From the human T2T-CHM13v2.0 reference genome, Homo sapiens: a DNA stretch of 64,000 bases. A program made the position numbers and the translations under genes. The stretch lies in assembly GCF_009914755.1 (NCBI RefSeq), contig NC_060925.1; one strand, written 5' to 3'. This document shows, piece after piece, positions 53,534-64,000 of this stretch; within the stretch, counting starts at the first letter, position 1; each line of letters opens with the position of its first letter. The notes under the pieces were generated by a model, which was not told the DNA's origin, did not search any database, and was given only the letters and a program-made list of their open reading frames with translations.

Positions 53534-54258
53534 GAAGCTTACAATTTCACTGGACTTTTGGCCCCAAATGAAAAAAAATGCAAATTAAAAAAAGTATTGG
53601 CAGGGAGAGGTGACCACTGTCTCCTGGAGACTGAAGCCGAGCAGAGCATGGCAGGCAAGTGAGGGGTCCCAGCTGCAGAGGGCAGAAGCCTGGCCAAAGA
53701 TGCCCAGGGAGCAGATTTGTCTGAGCAGGGCCAGCCCCAGGCAGCTAGAAGTTAACACACAAGGATTTATGGGTGTGGCAGAATCCAAGCCACTGGTCCC
53801 ATAGACAGATCTCTCTCATGCTTGGTCAGATTCCACTTTGGAGAAAATGGGCTCGTTTGACAGGATGGCCTGGTGAGGGAACACAGGTACTAACGGTAAC
53901 AGGCCGATGAACACTCACCACTGGCATCAGGGTGGAGCTCAGCTGACTGGACACTAACTCCATTACAAGGACCTGCTCCTGGTGCCAGGCTGTGCCACTC
54001 AACTGCTCATGGCCATCAGGACATTCAACTTCTATCCTCTCCTCCATCAGGCCCCTATCTGTGTGGCCTCAGCCCCGGTCCTCACTATTTGGTGGCTATG
54101 ATGCAGGACTCTCCACCCTCTTTTGGAACAGTGTTGCATCAAGCAAGGGAGAATGTTCTTCTAGAGGGACAGGAAAAGAAGAGATGTCCACATACTTCTC
54201 TCACTCTAAGAAGCCAGGAAAGGTCCCTGGTGCACTCCACTCTCCACAGATGGTTGGG

Positions 54259-59168
<4,910 letters not shown>

Positions 59169-59798
59169 CTGCAGGAAGAGCAAGATATCAGTCAGAATGA
59201 TGAGGCCAGAAACTAGGCAGAGTATGGCACTTTACAACCATAAAGCACTTCCACCACCATCCTTTCAACTGATCCTATAGGTAGGGTTGGAATTATGATC
59301 TCACTGCTCAGATGGGCAAACTGAGGCTTCCAGAGGAGCAACGAGTTACCCAAAGTCACCCCGCCAATGACCTGCAGAGTCAGGGTTGAAATCCTCCTTT
59401 CCTAACTCTCCTTTCCTGCACATCAAGGGGCTCCACAAGGGCTAGGATCCTGTCTGGTTTGTCACTTTATCCCCAGCTCCCAGTGTAGAATGGATACTTG
59501 GTAAATATTTCCTGTATGAATGAATAGGCAAATGAATCAAACAGAATTCCAAATGCCCATCCTGTGGTACTCCCATCTCTATCTGCAGAACTCATGGGGC
59601 AAACGCAGTCTCTAACACACACCCCTGACCCTCATCAGTCACAAATGACATAGCTATAGCATGGATTCATCCACAGCATGTCTTCCTTACCCTGATGTAA
59701 AAACATTTCCCTATCCTCACTCACAACTCTGTGAGGCAGGCAGGGGAGACCCTATTCCTAAGGCAATACGATACAATGCTTTCAAAGGCCAGTTCAAC

Positions 59799-60148
59799 AG
59801 CTAGGCGTGGTGGCTCACACCTGTGTAATCACAGCACTTTGGAAGTCTGAGGCGGGCAGACTGCTTGAGCCCAGGAGTTAGAGACCAGCCTGGGCAACAC
59901 AGAAAAACAACATCTCTACTAAAAACCTGGGCAACATAGAAAAACTACATCTCTATTTAAAAAATACAAAAATTAGCCAGGTGTGGTGGCGCACACCTAT
60001 AGTCCCAATGACTCAGGAGGCTAAGGTGGGAGGATCACCTGAGCCTGGGGAGGTCGAGGCTACAGTGAGCCATGATCACACAACTGTACTCCAGCCTGGG
60101 TGACAGAGTAAGATCCGATCTCAAAACAAACAAACAAACAAAAAACAA
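59799..60148 (+). mobile_element. Alu (J-like) with internal ~37-bp tandem duplication
   Basis: CCTGGGCAACA(C/T)AGAAAAAC(A/T)ACATCTCTA occurs twice within 59889-59962. Confidence 0.88.
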
Positions 60149-61098
60149 CCAGTTCAAGAGTTCAAGTTCAGGTTCTGCCATTTACTAACTGGACTGACTT
60201 ATCCTCTCTAAGCCTCAACATCTTCTGCTATAAAATGGGAATAATAATAGCTACCTCTCAGGTTAGTTTGTGAATGAAATGAGGCCAGCTATGTGAAGCC
60301 CTTTGACATTGGGCCTGACACAAATTAAGCACTCAATAAACACTATTAATAATAGCCTCCTACAGAGGACAAGACTCAAGTCCAGGAAAGTCACACACAG
60401 GCTGTGTGGAGGGGCTGGGACCAGAACCTGGGTCTCTTGGCTCTATGTCCAGGGCATTTGTGCATTAGAGCATACATGGGGGCATTCCCTCTCTCATCCA
60501 TCTTCCCACACCAGTAGCCCTCGGAGTGTTCCGCTCCATCTCCCTAAATGGCTAGCACAGGACCCAGCAGAGCACAGCCCCAACACATCTGCAGACAAGC
60601 TGAGCTCAAGGGCACAGACAGCAGCTAGGCCCAGCTCCGAGAACGGCACCATCTAGATACGTTCTAGATCAACCTGTAAGTGCACCAGTGGCCAAGCCAC
60701 TGAGAGCCTGGGCTTTCTCTTTTTATTGTGTTTGATAGCTTGAAATAATTACTCTTAAGGCTAAGGCCAAATTCATGAGGTTTTTTTGTGGGGAGGGCAG
60801 GAAGCAGGCCCTGTCACCTCCCCCACTCAGCAATCCTTGGGAGCTTTTCTACCCTAGAAGCTGTCATAGCTACTAGCAAGACTCCTTCACAGACAAGAAT
60901 GGCTCACACAGATCTCAATTTAAAACTCTGCTCCCATCAGCTAAGTTCATGACTGTGGGCCCGTGGCTTCATCTCTCTGAGCCTGCTTCCTCACAAATAG
61001 AACAATTCCTTCCTCACTGGACTGTTCTGCAGATTATAAAAAATAAATGCAGCAAAATTCTGTCAGTTTAATTTTTAGCTAAAGAATCCTTTGATAAC

Positions 61099-61330
61099 CA
61101 ACCTGGGCAACATAGTAAGATCCCACCTCTACAAAAAATTTTTAAAAATCAGCCGGGCATGGTGGTACACATGTAGTCCCTGCTACTCGGGAGGCTAAAG
61201 CGGAAGGATCACTTGAGCCTAAGTTGGAGGCTGCAGTGAGCTGTGATTGTGCCACAACACTCCAGCCTGAGTAACAGAGGGAGACCCTGTCTCCAAAAAA
61301 AAAAAAAAAAAAAAAAGAGAGAGAGAAAGA
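61099..61330 (+). mobile_element. 5'-truncated Alu (J-like)
   Basis: TSD AAAGAATCCTTTGATAA on both sides. Confidence 0.88.
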
Positions 61331-64000
61331 AAGAATCCTTTGATAAAATAAATAAAACAAATACAAGAAAGTTGCTCTGGCTGAAGTAAGGTGGGAGCTC
61401 CAGAGCCCCTACAATATGGAACCCCCTCCCTTGCTACATTCTGAGGGGGCTCTGAAAACCCCTCACAGTGACTGAAAAGACAGTCTGAAAACCACTCACA
61501 TAAGAAAAATAGTTTTTACAACAGTGCCTGGCATAAAGCAAATGATCAGTAAGTCATAGCTGCTATTGCTATATTAATTACTGTTATCAGCAAAGTCCTG
61601 GGCCAGGTGAACTGTGCGGGGTGGGGTATAAAGGAGAGTGAAGCAATCTGAAGGCACTCACAGTTAACAAGACTTAACATGTAGACACTGTGTAACGTCT
61701 AACAAAACAGCATAAGGAAAACAGGTGTTTGAAATGGAGACATAAGTCATGTGCCATAGGACTGCAAAGGAAGGAGGGTAAAATCAGGGAGTGTTTCCAT
61801 GAGAGTGGCATTTGAGCTAGGACTTAGAGAACGAACAGGATTCCCAAGGGGTTGGAGAGGTGTGACAAGAGAAATACCCAGAAGACAAGTCACTTAACCT
61901 AACCCCCATTTTACAGATGGGGGAGGGAGGGAGGGACTTGCCCAAGTAATGCTGTGAGCTGGAGGAAGAGACAAGGCTGGACCACTCCCTTGCACCCAAT
62001 GACTCCCCCTGCCTCCTGCTACAACACTCCTTCATTAAGCAATAGGGCTCAGGATTCCAGCATAGGATGGAAAGGGAGTGGGAACTCTGCAGAATCTGGG
62101 CACACCCAAAGAACAGGCCAGACACGAAGCCAGAAGTAGCTGCCCCACTATAAGCCCTGTGAGCAAAGCTATAAACCGCACCTGGCACCTAGGAAAACCC
62201 ACCTAGGAAACCACCTATAAACCACCTAGGAAACATCCCCAGGCCAACAAAGCAGGTGCTGCCAGGCAGGTCTCCTGCCCTTCTGGCTATTGTAGTCTGG
62301 CAGCAATTAAACCCTTTCCTTTCTGTCCTGCATTTGAAGACCTCCTCTGTAGTTTACAAAGTACTTTCACAAACACAAACACTACAGGCAGAATCTTGCC
62401 AATGGCCTCCTAACAGAAAAAAGGAAGATGTTAGTTGCCCTCTTTTACAGATGAAGAAACTAAGCCACGGAGCTGTTAAAGGACTTCATTCAGCACGCAT
62501 TTTCAGAGTGACAATATTGTACTAGGCTCTGTAGTAGATCTGAGGACACAAGTAAATGAAGTCCTGCCCTTAAGGGGCCCACAGATAATTGTGATACAAT
62601 CTGATCAGTGCCATCAGAAAAATCTACTTATGTGCTATCAAGGAAGCTTAGATGGAGGAATTTGTGCTGTTTGCAGAATGAATAAATGAACAATGTATGA
62701 AGTGGGTCAAGGAAAGCTTCCTGGAGGAAGTGGCAGTGATATTGGAAATGGTCCTTGAAGGATGCATAGACATTTTCCAAAAGGCAGGCAGGGAAGGACA
62801 CTCCAGACAGAAGAGAGAAGAAAGACAAACGCACAGACTTAAGAGTGAGCATAGTGCATTCAGGGAATGAGTTAAACCGCAGAGCCAAGAATGCAGTGTG
62901 AACCCAGAAAGGCAGGCCCTCTATACACTCGTTGACCAAGCACCTCTCCCCCTGCATTTCAGTTAGCCGTGAGGTATCAGTGTCTAAGAGTAGTTTCTGT
63001 CTAGCATCTCCCCCACCCAACAGTAAGCTCCCCAGGGGCAGACACTGCGCCTCACTCATCATGGCACCCCAGGGCCCAGCACAGTGCCTGGCACCTGCAA
63101 GCCTCCACAAATATTTGGACAAATGAACACCACTCTAAAGAGTTTTGTTGGGGCTTTATGCCGGAGAAAACAGAGCACTATAGAAGGGTTTCCAATAGGA
63201 GAGGAACGTGATGAGAACCTTGTTTAGAGAAGTAACCAGAGGCGGTGTGGAGGATGAGCCAGTGAGGGAGGCAGTAGCCCAGGTGCTGGGCAGGCAGGGC
63301 ATGAACCAGACAGCACACTTGGGGATGAAGAGAACGGAATGGATTCTGAAGCTATTTCAGAGATAGACCAGACATGACTTGGTGACTAATTAGATTAGGA
63401 AAGAGATGGAGGAGGAGTGAGGAAAGTGTTCAGAATGACTCGGGTTTCTAGCTTTTGCACAAGATGAAGGAGGTGGAGCCAACTGAGACAGAATCCAGGC
63501 TGCACAGGAAGTTTGGGGAAGAAGATGAGGTGGTCCCCACCTCACAGAGGGTCACCCAGTGTCACTGAGTTGTTAGCAAAGGTCTGAACCAGAAATGAAA
63601 AACAGCATCCCTGACTCCACGTTCTTTTACACTACTCCATGCTCCCAGCCCTTTTTAGAGTTTTTCCAAGAGTTATTTCATACTGATAAACAGGATTGTG
63701 AAGGCAGGTGGAGGGGAAGGACAGGAAGAGTTCAGTAACTGCAGCTTCTGAAGCAACACAGAAAAACTATCTCTAGGGCTCTGGCTGATTGCAAATAAGC
63801 TACATCTGATGCCCTGGGGGGACTGGGGGCAACAAACATTTACTGAGGCTCTGCTAGGTGCTTCCAGTTCAACCAGCTCTCACTAATCCTCAGTCCTGTG
63901 AGGTAAACAGTGTCATCTCCATTTTGCAGATGAGAAAATTAAGGGGCAGAGAGTTTAATAACATGCCTGAGATCATGCAGCTAGAATGGGCAAGTTGGGA

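Noticed and set aside
59169-64000. PEF1 start exon or promoter
   Set aside because: No CpG island or matching ATG exon visible; the sequence is intronic with MIR/L2/Alu remnants, so exon 1 lies outside the window.

Overview
This is primate genomic DNA, almost certainly the human TINAGL1-HCRTR1-PEF1 locus (1p35). It holds three spliced protein-coding genes. (1) TINAGL1, + strand: a non-coding exon 1 plus 11 coding exons, CDS 834-10680, 1404 nt = 467 aa; a secreted SMB/cathepsin-B-like pseudoprotease. (2) HCRTR1 (orexin receptor 1), + strand: 7 coding exons, CDS 42847-50623, 1278 nt = 425 aa, carrying Val at codon 408. (3) PEF1 (peflin), - strand, convergent with HCRTR1: exons 2-5 lie in the window and exon 1 is beyond the right edge. 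The interval from about 14.5 to 37 kb is dense with transposons (Alu, old L1, ERV1/ERVL/MaLR LTRs, Tigger). Most ORFs in the supplied track are repeat-derived or antisense noise. The main observations are: a phase-compatible alternative HCRTR1 terminal exon inside PEF1 that would make 24 nt coding on both strands; a 281-bp inverted template-switch duplication inside a MER41 LTR/Alu complex, with a visible microhomology junction; an HCRTR1 uORF ending 4 nt before the main AUG; a minisatellite with nested variable (GT)n tracts in TINAGL1 intron 2; an orphan CpG island with a TEAD-GATA-ETS motif cluster; and a zero-spacer inverted Alu junction. I found no evidence of a wholly new gene system. Repeat subfamily names are from memory of consensus sequences and repeat boundaries are approximate.
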